NCBI GenBank assembly: GCA_950097015.1
Contig: CATNEN010000003.1
Location: 1,984,001 to 2,048,000 of the forward strand
Direction of reading: 5' to 3'
DNA: 64,000 bases
From: Macrostomum hystrix
Taxonomy: Eukaryota; Animalia; Platyhelminthes
A model generated the notes under the pieces. The model was not told where the DNA came from. It saw only the letters and a list, made by a program, of their open reading frames with translations, and ran no database searches. The translations under genes and the position numbers were made by a program. Of this stretch, positions 1-11,820 are shown piece by piece; the first letter of the stretch is position 1, and the number at the start of each line of letters is the position of its first letter.

Positions 1-330
1 ACAGCCAGGTATTCCGAGTCTAGTACACGCCAACCCTGCCTTAGCAGGCTAGCAACGGAGTCGATGTCAGTGTCATTGTCGGTGTCTAATTTGAAAATGG
101 CTGTCGCGCAATCGAACAACAGTCGAAGATCTTCTGGCCTGCTGACAAGGTGCACGGAATCAATCAAAGCTGGCAAAAATTTTGCACCTGACAGGTTAAT
201 GTCAATTCTGTGTGGCGCCGCGATGGATTGTTTAACAGTAGTATTGGCGACATTACTGGGGCCTGTCAGACAGACTAGCAGTAGTCGAAGGCGTTCCACG
301 CAGTCGGCTCCGATACCTTTGCTGCTGTTG
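1..330 (-). CDS. TARBP1: TARBP1-like exon 8 (continues beyond window start)
   Basis: ttcaacag|C phase-2 acceptor; frame open to position 1 (...LLRQGWRVLDSEYLA). Confidence 0.55.
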
Positions 331-385
331 CTGTTGAACAGTTGCATATTGGAATTTTAAATACACTGGGGAAGGTGTAGATTCG

Positions 386-1078
386 AGTATGGGGTTAAGA
401 GATTTGAGAATGTGATTTATAGATATGGGATATGGGATTGTAGTATGGGATGAAGTATGGGATTAGAGTGTGAGATTGGAGTATGCGATTGGAGTGTGGG
501 ATTGGAGTATGTGATTGGAGTGTGGGATTGGAGAATGGGATTGGAGTGTGGGATTTATAGATTGGAGTGTGGGATTTATGGATTGGAGTGTGGGATTTAT
601 AGATTGGAGTGTGGGATTTATGGATTGGAGTATGGGATTTATAGATTAGAGTGTGGGATTTATGGATTGGAGTGTGGGATTTATAGATTGGAGTGTGGGA
701 TTTATGGATTGGAGTATAGGATTTATGGATTGGAGTATGGGATTTATAGATTAGAGTGTGGGATTTTTGGATATGAGTATAGGATTTATAGATTGGAGTG
801 TGGGGTTTATAGATTGGAGTATGGGGTTTATAGATTGGAGTATGGGGTTTATAGATTGGAGTATGGGGTTTATAGATTGGAGTATGGGGTTTATAGATTG
901 GAGTATGGGGTTTATAGATTGGAGTATGGGGTTTATAGATTGGAGTATGGGGTTTATAGATTGGAGTATGGGGTTTATAGATTGGAGTATGGGGTTTATA
1001 GATTGGAGTGTGGGGTTTATAGATTGGAGTATGGGGTTTATAGATTGGAGTATGGGGTTTATAGATTGGAGTATGGAA
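386..1078. repeat. 21-bp minisatellite (GGAGTATGGGGTTTATAGATT)
   Basis: Direct reading; intronic. Confidence 0.95.
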
Positions 1079-1206
1079 TTTTGTAAATCGCAAATTATAA
1101 AATACACGCAATTAATCGCAACCTATTTTACAAGGACATGAAAGACAATCTATATAGAATGGAAAGCTGAGGTACACAGACAGGTAATAAGAAGTGCTAA
1201 ACTCAC

Positions 1207-1301
1207 GCAGGCAGCAGTGATAGCAGAAAATCAATGGAATTTCGAAGCTGGACAGGAACCGCAGCCGAGAATTGCCAAATGACGATGTCGTGAAGGCTAA
1301 T
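1207..1301 (-). CDS. TARBP1: TARBP1-like exon 7
   Basis: ttcccag|ATT ... GC|gtgagt; 95 bp open frame, phase 0-2. Confidence 0.6.
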
Positions 1302-1540
1302 CTGGGAAAAAAACCATAAATCGAAAATGAGAGACGGGCGCAGATGGAGCTAATAAGAGTACATGTTGCTTGTACTTTTACTTGCCATTCTTTAGGCAAA
1401 TGTACTTATGTCTAAGGATGAGTGCAGAGCTGAAACATGTCCGACTCACGCACCGAATTTTCTAAGCTTGCGACTTTATAAGCTTTACAAATACAAATAT
1501 TATATATTACAAATAGTAAGCATGTACAATTTTAATTGGC

Positions 1541-2791
1541 TGGAGAAGAGAGGAGAGGAAAGGAGAGGAGAGGTCGGGGCAGGAGAAGAGATAAGAGGAG
1601 AGGAGGGGACAGGATAGAAGAGGAGAGGAGAGAAAGAGAAAAGAGAGGAAAGAAGAGGAATAAAAAGAGGAGAGGAGAGGAGAGGAGAGGAGAGGAGAAG
1701 AGAGGAGAGGAGAGGAGAGGAGAGGAGAAGGAGAGGAGAGGAGAAGGAGAAGGAGAGGAGAGGAGAAGGAGAAGGAGAGGAGAGGAGAAGGAGAAGGAGA
1801 GGAGGGGAGAGGAGAAGGAGAAGGAGAGGAGAGGAGAGGAGAGGAGAGGAGAAGGAGAGGAGAGGAGAAGGAGAAGGAGAGGAGAGGAGAAGGAGAAGGA
1901 GAGGAGGGGAGAGGAGAAGGAGAAGGAGAGGAGAGGAGGGGAGAGGAGAAGGAGAAGGAGAGGAGAGGAGAAGGAGAAGGAGAGGAGGGGAGAAGGAGAA
2001 GGAGAGGAGGGGAGAGGAGAAGGAGAAGGAGAGGAGAGGAGAAGGAGAAGGAGAGGAGGGGAGAGGAGAAGGAGAAGGAGAGGAGAGGAGGGGAGAGGAG
2101 AAGGAGAAGGAGAGGAGAGGAGAAGGAGAAGGAGAGGAGAGGAGAAGGAGAAGGAGAGGAGAGGAGAAGGAGAAGGAGAGGAGGGGAGAGGAGAAGGAGA
2201 AGGAGAGGAGAGGAGGGGAGAGGAGAAGGAGAAGGAGAGGAGAGGAGAAGGAGAAGGAGAGGAGGGGAGAAGGAGAAGGAGAGGAGGGGAGAGGAGAAGG
2301 AGAAGGAGAGGAGAGGAGAAGGAGAAGGAGAGGAGGGGAGAGGAGAAGGAGAAGGAGAGGAGAGGAGAAGGAGAGGAGAGGAGAAGGAGAAGGAGAGGAG
2401 AGGAGAAGGAGAAGGAGAGGAGGGGAGAGGAGAAGGAGAAGGAGAGGAGAGGAGCGGAGAGGAGAAGGAGAAGGAGAGGAGAGGAGAAGGAGAAGGAGAG
2501 GAGGGGAGAGGAGAAGGAGAAGGAGAGGAGGGGAGAGGAGAAGGAGAAGGAGAGGAGAAGGAGAGGAGAGGAGAAGGAGAAGGAGAGGAGAGGAGAAGGA
2601 GAAGGAGAGGAGGGGAGCGGAGAGGAGAAGGAGAAGGAGAGGAGAGGAGAAGGAGAAGGAGAGGAGGGGAGAGGAGAAGGAGAAGGAGAAGGAGAGGATG
2701 GGAGAGGAGAAGGAGAAGGAGAGGAGAGGAGAAGGAGAGGAGAGGAGAGGAGAAGGAGAAGGAGAGGAGAGAAGATGAGAGGAGAGGAGAG
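1541..2791. repeat. Near-pure polypurine tract of (GGAGA)/(GGAGAA) units
   Basis: Direct reading; intronic. Confidence 0.95.
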
Positions 2792-3200
2792 TTGAAAAGT
2801 AAGAGAATGCACTAGGGATGACAATAACGAATGGCAAACACTAAATTAGATAGTGAATAAGTAGCGAAATGTTGCAGTGATTCAGGACAATAAATAATAG
2901 ACAAAAAAGCAAAATGAAAGGCAAAATAAGTGTAGGCTTGATATTTAGTGAAAGGTTATTTTTCAAGACAATCAGTAAGAAAAGTTACATAGAAAATGCC
3001 TATGATAACAGTAGCTATTAATTACACATAATAGTATGCGTCACTCTCACATCTGTATAGAAATTCGGTATTTAAATCAGCTACGTTGACTTTTGTTAAT
3101 ATAAACAAGGAAGAAAGTACTGGATAAGCTACAGAAAAATTACCTTAGAAGATCAATAAAACCATGAAAAATGTAATTCGAACGAAATAAAAAAACATAC

Positions 3201-3317
3201 CTGATGTGATGCACTAGTTGGCAATTCAATAGACTTTTTAAGCTTCAACGATTCTGCAGATAGGTGGCATACGATACGCATTGTGTCTACCAGGGCCTGT
3301 TGAACAGGTAAATCCAT
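3201..3317 (-). CDS. TARBP1: TARBP1-like exon 6
   Basis: tttcag|ATG ... CAG|gtatgt; 117 bp open frame, phase 0-0. Confidence 0.6.
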
Positions 3318-3460
3318 CTGAAATGTCACACGTTGGGCGAAGCGGGGAAAATGATTTACAACGCGATCATCTTACAGAGGAAATAAGTACAGAACTGACA
3401 TTCTAAACTGACTTAAAAGACTCTACAAAGACCTAGGACTGACTTAACAGAAAATTAAAA

Positions 3461-4012
3461 CAGAATTTACAGACACCTTGAACATCATTTACAGAAAATG
3501 AATAGAATTTACAGATTTACAGACACCTTGAACATCATTTACAGAAAATGAATAGAATTTACAGATTTACAGACACCTTGAACATCATTTACAGAAAAAG
3601 AATAGAATTTACAGATTTACAGACACCTTGAACATCATTTACAGAAAATGAATAGAATTTACAGATTTACAGACACCTTGAACATCATTTACAGAAAAAG
3701 AATAGAATTTACAGACAGACAAGAGTTTACAGATTTACAGACACATTGAACATAATTTACAGATTTACAGACACCTTGAACAGACTTTACAGACATCTTA
3801 TACAGACTTTACAGACACCTTGAACAGACTTTACAGACAATTAAAACAATTAACAGACACCTTGAACAGACTTTACAGACATCTTATACAGACTTTACAG
3901 ACACCTTATACAGACTTTACAGACACCTTATACAGACTTTACAGACACCTTATACAGACTTTACAGACACCTTGAACAGACTTTACAGACACCTTATACA
4001 GACTTTACAGAC
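3461..4012. repeat. 50-bp then 22-bp tandem units sharing TTTACAGACACCTTGAACA
   Basis: Direct reading. Confidence 0.9.
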
Positions 4013-4043
4013 ATCCAGTACAGACAAAAAAACAAGCGCTTAC

Positions 4044-4360
4044 AGCTCCACTACAGCAGTCACTGTCCAGATCGTCGCGATCATTGCAAGCATCCAGCCT
4101 GTTGCCAATTAGATCAACAATAGCCTCGGCATTGGCTAGACAGAATTGTTTAGCGGAATTGTTGCCAACGGCATCGGATACTGACGCTACTTTGGCGACA
4201 ATTTGGGCCAGTTTTAAAGCTGATCTTCGGCTAATATAGGGACACTGCCGCAGCTGCTCAATTAGGCGTCTGTGAGTTGCCAAGGGTCGCATCGGGTTGG
4301 CCATGGTGGCCAAGAATAGGGCCGCCAGGTCGCAACGCCTCAGGGTGGTTTCCGACAGGT
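4044..4360 (-). CDS. TARBP1: TARBP1-like exon 5
   Basis: ccgcag|AC ... GCT|gtaagc; phase 1-0; contains most of ORF 4005..4313. Confidence 0.62.
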
Positions 4361-4379
4361 CTGCGGGCGAAGTTTCGAG

Positions 4380-4865
4380 GGATAGTGAAGGATTGATGTA
4401 GGGAGAGTGAAGGGATTGATGTAGGGAGAGTGAAGGGATTGATGCTGGGAGAGTGAAGGGGTGAATTTAGGAGAGAGTGAAGGGTTGGATGTAAGGGAGA
4501 GCTAGAGTAAAAGAGTAAAGGGATGGATGAAGGGGATAATTAAGGGATGGATCTAGAGAATAAAGGGATGAACTTGTAGGAGATTGAAGGGAGAGGATGT
4601 AGGGAGAGTGAAGGGACGGATTTAGGGAGAGTGAAGGGATGGATGTAAGGGAGAGTGAAGGTATGGATGTAGGGATGAATTAAGGGACGGATGCAGGGAG
4701 AGTGAAGGGACGGATGTAGGGAGAGTGAAGGGATGGGTGTAGGGATGAATTAAGGGACGGATGCAGGGAGAGTGAAGGGATGGATGTAGGGATGAGTTAA
4801 GGGACGGATGTAGGGAGAGTAAAGAGATGGATGTAGGGGAGAATTAAGGGACGGATGTAGGGAAA
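4380..4865. repeat. Degenerate ~22-bp minisatellite (GGATGTAGGGAGAGTGAAGGGA)
   Basis: Direct reading; fills the intron. Confidence 0.85.
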
Positions 4866-4902
4866 ATAAAGGTCTGGTTGCAGTTGGGTTATGTAAACAG
4901 AC

Positions 4903-5213
4903 CCTGGCTAAGTACAACAGCCGAAATCCAGCCCTCCAAAGCTTCAGAAGGCAGTCGCCTCTCGCAGAGGTCTGTCAGCGGCAGCCACAGTCTAGCCGCT
5001 TCCGGCCGAAGGCACTCGTCGAATCTGAAGCACTCTAAACATCGCACGAGGCTGGCCAAGTGTTCACTGCTCACCTGAGCAGTATGAGACGACTGCTGCT
5101 CAACTTCTGGCCAATAATTGCGAGCTGTTGAGAACAGCAGCGACAATAGGAAGCTCTGAGTTGCTATGCGATATTTCTTGGCGAAGTAGGGGACGTGACG
5201 AGAAACGGCTTGG
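4903..5213 (-). CDS. TARBP1: TARBP1-like exon 4
   Basis: atccag|C ... G|gtctgt (weaker donor); phase 2-1; contains most of ORF 4889..5146. Confidence 0.6.
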
Positions 5214-5324
5214 CTGGATTCAAAAGTTAATGGTGTTTTTTAAAAACAAACAAATTAAAGATATTTTTTAAAGAAAACAATACAGCTGAGAGATAGGAAA
5301 AGCAGGAGAGCGGTCGATATGGCA

Positions 5325-6050
5325 GAAGGGGAGAGAGGAGAGAAGGAGAGAGAGGGGAGAAGGGGAGAGAGGGGAGAGGGTAGAAGAGGACAAGTTTAAA
5401 GAGGGGAGAGGGTAGAAGAGGAGAAGGTTAAAGAGGGGAGAGGGTAGAAGAGGAGAAGGTTAAAGAGGGGAGAGGGTAGAAGAGGAGAAGGTTAAAGAGG
5501 GGAGATGGTAGAAGAGGAGAAGGTTAAAGAGGGGAGAGGTTAGAAGAGGAGAAGGTTAAAGAGGGGAGAGGGTAGAAGAGGAGAAGGTTAAAGAGGGGAG
5601 AGGTTAGAAGAGGAGAAGGTTAAAGAGGGGAGAGGGTAGAAGAGGAGAAGGTTAAAGAGGGGAGAGGGTAGAAGAGGACAAGTTTAAAGAGGGGAGAGGG
5701 TAGAAGAGGAGAAGGTTAAAGAGGGGAGAGGGTAGAAGAGGACAAGGTTAAAGAGGGGAGAGAGTAGAAGAGGACTAGTTTAAAGAGGGGAGAGGGTAGA
5801 AGAGGAGAAGGTTAAAGAGGGGAGAGGGTAGAAGAGGACAAGGTTAAAGAGGGGAGAGAGTAGAAGAGGACAAGTTTAAAGAGGGGAGAGGGTAGAAGAG
5901 GAGAAGGTTAAAGAGGGGAGAGGGTAGAAGAGGAGAAGGTTAAAGAGGGGAGAGGGTAGAAGAGGACAAGGTTAAAGAGGGGAGAGGGTAGAAGAGGAGA
6001 AGGTTAAAGAGGGGAGAGGGTAGAAGAGGAGAAGGTTATAGAGGGGAGAA
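5325..6050. repeat. 32-bp minisatellite (GAGGGGAGAGGGTAGAAGAGGAGAAGGTTAAA)
   Basis: Direct reading. Confidence 0.95.
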
Positions 6051-6289
6051 GGGATTGGGAAGAGGTGAGGGCATATTAAGAAGAGGTCAGACGGGACTAA
6101 GAAGTTAAAAATTATAAAACCTACAATAAACCTTGATTATAACGCATTTTTTTTTAATTTTTGAATAGATACAAAAATTTTATAGCTAGAAAAACTTAAA
6201 AAAGAGAAAAATATGGCCCATCGTATATACAACGTATAAGTATAAGTATAGTCTATATAAATAACTTTCCAGCTACAAATTTGTATACA

Positions 6290-6361
6290 AATTAGTCTTC
6301 TTATTGCATCGATACAGGCTAACTATAGTTAGCCTGTATCGATGCAATAAGAAGACTAATT
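6290..6361. repeat. Perfect 72-bp palindrome with no spacer
   Basis: AATTAGTCTTCTTATTGCATCGATACAGGCTAACTA|TAGTTAGCCTGTATCGATGCAATAAGAAGACTAATT. Confidence 0.97.
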
Positions 6362-6734
6362 GTTTTCTAAACCATAACTTCCAGCAGCAGCTCTATCTGA
6401 CAGTTTAACTGCCAGAAAACAACACAGGTGAAAAAACGAATATAGCAGTAGATAGAAATTAATCGCAGGCCAATTATTTGTCTGTTTTCATTTTAGCAGG
6501 AGTAGGGAAATGTAGGGAAAAAATAGAAGAAGAGACAATTAAAAATTAATGATCATTTCTGGTTATCCTAGCTGTTTTATGACCCGGGGCGACTGAAATG
6601 CACCGTCAATTTTTTGTTTAGAATAAATTTCTGTTTGTAAAAAATGTACAGGAAACTGTTTAAAGGTTTCATATTTCTACTTCTTATTCAATTGCTTCGG
6701 TACATTTTTTAGTTGAAAGATTTTCGGCGAGAAG

Positions 6735-7130
6735 AGAGATAGAGTAGGGGAATGTGAGATAGGGAGAGAGGAGAGACAGTAGGGAATGTGAGATGGGGAG
6801 AGACGAGAGACAGTAGGGAATCTGAGATAGGGAGAGAGGAGAGACAGTAGAGGAAACTGAGATAGGGAGAGAGGAGAGACAGTTGGGAATGTGAGATAGG
6901 GAGAAAGGAGAGACAGTAGGGAATCTGAGATGGGGAGAGAGGAGAGACAGTAGGGAATGTGAGATGGGGAGAGAGGAGGGACAGTAGGGAATGTGAGATG
7001 GGGAGAGAGGAGAGACAGCAGGGAAATGTGAGATGGGGAGAGAGGAGAGACAGTAGGGAATGTGAGATGGGGAGAGAGGAGAGACAGTAGGGAATGTGAG
7101 ATAGGGAGAGAGTGGGAATGTGGGAATGGG
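6735..7130. repeat. 34-bp minisatellite (GAGACAGTAGGGAATGTGAGATGGGGAGAGAGGA)
   Basis: Direct reading. Confidence 0.92.
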
Positions 7131-7196
7131 GAGAGGCATGGGATAAGACATAAAAGTAGGAGAAAGTGGCATAAATTGAGTAACAGCGTCACCCAC

Positions 7197-7320
7197 CAGA
7201 TGAAATCCATTTGAGTCCACTGAAGCCTGCTCAAACAAGAGAGTGCCTCGGAGCAGAATAGGAACGCTGTCGAATTCCAAGTTGTGCCAGGAAAGTTTGC
7301 CAAAATTTTAGTCCAATCAA
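7197..7320 (-). CDS. TARBP1: TARBP1-like exon 3
   Basis: ttgcag|TT ... TG|gtgggt; phase 1-2; WNSTAFLFCSEAL resembles the recalled TARBP1 WCAVPILFLSKAL-type motif. Confidence 0.65.
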
Positions 7321-7542
7321 CTGCAATCCAAAAGTTTAACTTTTAAAAAATGCAAACGGCAAAGCGTTGAAAACGAGCATCACGTAACTTTTTGTAGGTG
7401 TCATATCCCTACTTTCCCATCCCTTCATTTCCTCAAATCCCTACTTTCTCACCTCTCCTAATTGTTGAGAAATCACAGAATCTCTAAATAGAAATAGATA
7501 AATTGTGATTCAGTCAACTAGTAAGAAATCAGTGCCACTCAC

Positions 7543-7810
7543 CACCAATGTAATCCAAATTTCTCATAAACTTCGCCAAAGATTTCGACGGCTGATTAAA
7601 ATCTTCGCCAACTTCGTTAGGCAAGACATCGCTGCCAGCAGCAGCAGCAGCAGCTGAGTCGCCACCACCATTGGCTTCAAAACTGGTCGAGTCGCCATCG
7701 TTGATGACATAGAAGAGTGAAGGATCGTTCAACGTATTCCACAATGACTCGGATAAGAACTGTGTGTTTGTGAGTGCGGCAGAGAACATAGTGACGAAGT
7801 AGATGATGTA
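7543..7810 (-). CDS. TARBP1: TARBP1-like exon 2
   Basis: aaag|TAC ... G|gtgagt; phase 0-1; YIIYFVTMFSAALTNTQFLSESLWNTLNDPSLFY. Confidence 0.65.
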
Positions 7811-8267
7811 CTTTTAAAAAAGGAATTTAATTCAAAAGTAATTTACGTTTCAAATTTTCACAGATGCGAACTAAACCTCAAGGCTTTAATCTCGAAGAAA
7901 AGTTAATTAGTATTTACAATCTTTAATTTAACTCAAAGAGTAGGAAATGCCAATATGAAACTGATGAGTTTTCAAACCTGGAAAAGTTTGACTTCGAAGG
8001 CGAAAACCTGAGGGAAATATTAAATAATTTCGAAAGAGGACAACAGGAATTTAAATATCATTTTCTTTCTAAGCTAACCTTCAGGCGCAACTATTGAATA
8101 TCGCGACTGTCTGAAGGGGCTGGCGAATTGACTCTTGTTTCATAAGATGCAGAAGGTGTAACGAAATTTTTGCCATTGAGCTTGAGCCGCTCCGTTCGGG
8201 TACAAATCCTACAGCTTGATAATCGCTATTTAAATTTTTTTATTGAAATAATTGTATTTTAAAATAT

Positions 8268-8820
8268 TTGGATTCCAAAACTGGGATTCTGAAAGAATGG
8301 GATTCTGAAACAATGGGATTTTAAAAGAATGGGATTCTGAAAGAATGGGATTTTAAAAGAATAGGATTCTGAAAGAATGGGATTCTGAAAGAATGGGATT
8401 TTAAAAGAATGGGATTCTGAAAGAATGGGATTCTGAAAGAATGGGATTTTAAAAGAATGGGATTCTGAAACATTGGGATTTTAAAAGAATGGGATTTTAA
8501 AAGAATGGGATTCTGAAAGAATGGGATTCTGAAAGAATGGGATTCTGAAAGAATGGGATTCTGAAAGAATGGGATTCTGAAAGAATGGGATTCTGAAAGA
8601 ATGGGATTCTGAAAGAATGGGATTCTGAAAGAATGGGATTCTGAAAGAATGGGATTCTGAAAGAATGGGATTTTAAAAGATTTGGATTCTAAAGTATTGG
8701 GATTATAAGATTAGGATTATAAGATTAAGATTCTGGAATATTTAGGATTCTACAAGATAAGGATTCTAAAAGATGGGATTTCTAAAATATTTGAATTCTG
8801 AAAGATTGTAAGATTGAAAA
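8268..8820. repeat. 16-bp minisatellite (GAATGGGATTCTGAAA)
   Basis: Direct reading. Confidence 0.93.
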
Positions 8821-8952
8821 TTTAGGAGTCCTAGTTTAAGGTCTTTGTCGATTCTTGATTATTACAAGTAGAATCGTACGAGTAGTTTAGTCCCATTAGG
8901 ACATTCAAAGCATACTTAAAGTTATAGTAGTAAAACAATTTTCATTTCTTAC

Positions 8953-10371
8953 ATCTTCTACAGCATTAATAAACGTTTGCCTTCCCATTATGCCGGCCGC
9001 AGCAGCAGCAGCATCGGCAGCTTCGGCATAGGGAAATAGCATCAGTTTATCGACGCCCCAGCGTCTAACAGCCAAGCAGTCGTGCCGACTGGCCCTCCTA
9101 AGCAGGCAGGACAGCCAAGCAAAGTCAATTCGACTGTTAGAAGTCTGCTCAGTGTTGACTAGCGATGCTACAATAGCCGATTGAATTTTGGCATAGCCAG
9201 CTAAACCTGGCCGAATTAAATGCAATTGGCGTTCTTCGAGAATGTCGCACAATTGCAGATAGGCCGGCCAACAGTTTAAACTGGAAGTGACGTTGGAAGT
9301 GGTACTGGAAGTGGTGCCGGAAGTGGCACTGGAAGTTACGCCGGAAGTGGAACTAGAAGTTACGCCGGTAGTGGCACCGGAAGTGGCACTGGAAGTGACG
9401 CCGGATGTGGCGCCGGAAGTGGCGCTGGAAGTGGCGCCGGATATGGTGCCGGAAGTGGAACTAGAAGTTACGCCGGTAGTGGCACCGGAAGTGGCGCTGG
9501 AAGTGGCGCTGGAAGTGGCGCCGGAAGTGGCGCTGGAAGTGGCGCTGGAAGTGGCGCTGGAAGTGATGCCGGAGGTGAAACCAGAAGTGATGCCAGAAGC
9601 GCCGCCGGAAATACCGCGGCATCCATTACGCAACGAACCAAATCGACGCAACAGATGCAGGCCGCGTTTTCGGGTAGCAGCGCTAGCACCGGCATCGCCG
9701 GCTATGGCCAGACGAATCAACGGAGCCAGGAAGTCGTAAACTTGATCAGAGAGCAGATTCACATTGTCTGGCAGACAGCATACTGCTCTAAGAATGAGTT
9801 CTTTATCATTGTTGGCCACAGATTCGATGGCATTCAGGGCAGTCTTGTCCAACTGAGTCAGGCAGGCAGCCAAGCCGCATAGGCAGCTTTCAATAGCAAC
9901 GGCAGCATCGGAGCCGGACGGTGACAGAGTCAGCAGCTGCGGCAGGCGCAGAAGCTCTAGACAGTGTCTAGAAAACTCGTCCGGTGTCAATTGACGCTTA
10001 GTGGCAGCATCGCGCCGGCAGAGGGACAGCAACCTGGCGCAGTCGAACTCTGTTAGGGAACATTTCCCAATCGCCCTAGCAACTAAATCTAGAGTTACGG
10101 ATTCTAGTTCAGCGTCGTCGGCTAAAGCTACTAGAAGGTTGAACAGCTTCAACCGAATACCGTCGGGATCAATGTCGGCGGCATCACCACAGGAGACCGC
10201 TCTGGCGTCCGCCACAAGGCATGGAATCTCACTGGCGGGCTGATCATATGCCAGACGGAGCAATACAGGAGTGTCCAACCATTTCAGACTGCCATTTACA
10301 AACAGCTGGCCTAGCAGTGCCGATGACGCAATGCTGCTGCTGCTGCCACCTGCACTGCTGCTTGTACTCTG
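8953..10371 (-). CDS. TARBP1: TARBP1/Trm3-like tRNA (guanosine-18 2'-O) methyltransferase, most 5' identifiable coding exon (473 codons)
   Basis: Acceptor tttttcag|CAG at 10373/10372 and donor GAT|gtaaga at 8952; phase 0-0; extends ORF 8905..10278. WPAYLQLCDILEERQLHLIRP and FAWLSCLLRRA resemble, from recall, the TARBP1 N-terminal region. The SpoU domain is not in the window. Confidence 0.7.
9281..9610. repeat. 12-bp coding minisatellite (GGAAGTGGCGCT) encoding (SSAT/SGAT/SGVT)n
   Basis: Inside the TARBP1-like exon. Confidence 0.9.
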
Positions 10372-10419
10372 CTGAAAAATATTAGTACAGTTCTACAACT
10401 ATACAGATTGTATGAGATA

Positions 10420-11531
10420 ACATATGATAACAATGTACATCTGTGAAATGATATGATAACAATGTACATCTGTGAAATGATATGATAACAATGTACATCT
10501 GTGACAAGATATACTTTGATAACAATGTACATCTGTGACAAGAGATGATATGATAACATTGTACATCTGTGACAAGAGATGATATGATAACATTGTACAT
10601 CTGTGACAAGATATACTTTGATAACAATGTACATCTGTGACAAGAGATGATATGATAACAATGCACATCTGTGACAAGAGATGATATGATAACAATGTAC
10701 ATCTGTGACAAGAGATGATATGATAACAATGTACATCTGTGACAAGATATACTTTGATAACAATGTACATCTGTGACAAGAGATGATATGATAACAATGT
10801 ACATCTGTGACAAGAGATGATATGATAACAATGCACATCTGTGACAAGAGATGATATGATAACAATGTACATCTGTGACAAGAGATGATATGATAACAAT
10901 GTACATCTGTGACAAGAGATGATTTGATAACAATGTACATCTGTGACAAGAGATGATTTGATAACAATGTACATCTGTGACAAGAGATGATTTGATAACA
11001 ATGTACATCTGTGACAACAGATGATTTGATAACAATGTACATCTGTGACAAGAGATGCTTTGATAACAATGTACATCTGTGACAAGAGATGATTTGATAA
11101 CAATGTACATCTGTGACAAGAGATGATATGATAACATTGTACATCTGTGACAAGAGATGATTTGATAACAATGTACATCTGTGACAAGAGATGATTTGAT
11201 AACAATGTACATCTGTGACAAGAGATGATATGATAACATTGTACATCTGTGACAAGAGATAATTTGATAACAATGTACATCTGTGACAACAGATGATTTG
11301 ATAACAATGTACATCTGTGACAACGACAAGAGATGATATGATAACAATGTACATCTGTGACAAGAGATGATATGATAACAATGTACATCTGTGACAAGAG
11401 ATAATTTGATAACAATGTACATCTGTGACAAGAGATGATATGATAACAATGTACATCTGTGACAACAGATGATTTGATAACAATGTACATCTGTGACAAG
11501 AGATGATATGATAACATTGTACATCTGTGAC
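10420..11531. repeat. 34-bp minisatellite (TGATAACAATGTACATCTGTGACAAGAGATGATA)
   Basis: Direct reading. Confidence 0.95.
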
Positions 11532-11820
11532 TGTGGTTTAAATCTGTGAGTTTTAAACCAATTAGTTCAACCCAGAGTTTTTGGTCGACTATGAGCTAAA
11601 GAGAGAAAGAGAAGCTAAAATACTTGCATGAGATGCTAAGCGAATATAAAGGATAATTGAAGTGGCTCCTCTAGTAGCTGGTTTAGTCATTAAGTAAAAG
11701 CAAAAGTTTTTTTCACAAACGTAAGCTGCTAGAGCTGCTCCAGGGTTGTGTAAAAATATACTTTGCAAAAGAGCATCCACCGCTAGACATTCAAGGACAC
11801 AGATACTTTAACAACGGAGA

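Noticed and set aside
395-1141. Long repetitive ORFs such as (HTPIYKP)n
   Set aside because: Translations of an intronic 21-bp minisatellite that is open in several frames on both strands.
1500-2837. 419-445 aa Arg/Glu-rich or Ser/Leu/Pro-rich ORFs
   Set aside because: A polypurine tract cannot encode stop codons, and it lies within a TARBP1-like intron.
8079-8208. Candidate extra TARBP1-like exon
   Set aside because: Stops in all three minus-strand frames; flanking exons already join in phase.
10311-11524. Three ~380-aa minus-strand ORFs
   Set aside because: 34-bp tandem repeat open in all three frames.
11589-11780. ORF as the TARBP1-like first exon
   Set aside because: Starts at GTG and has no GT donor of good consensus; only a weak CAT|GCAAGT site. 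Not fully excluded, and kept as the alternative to the SL hypothesis.
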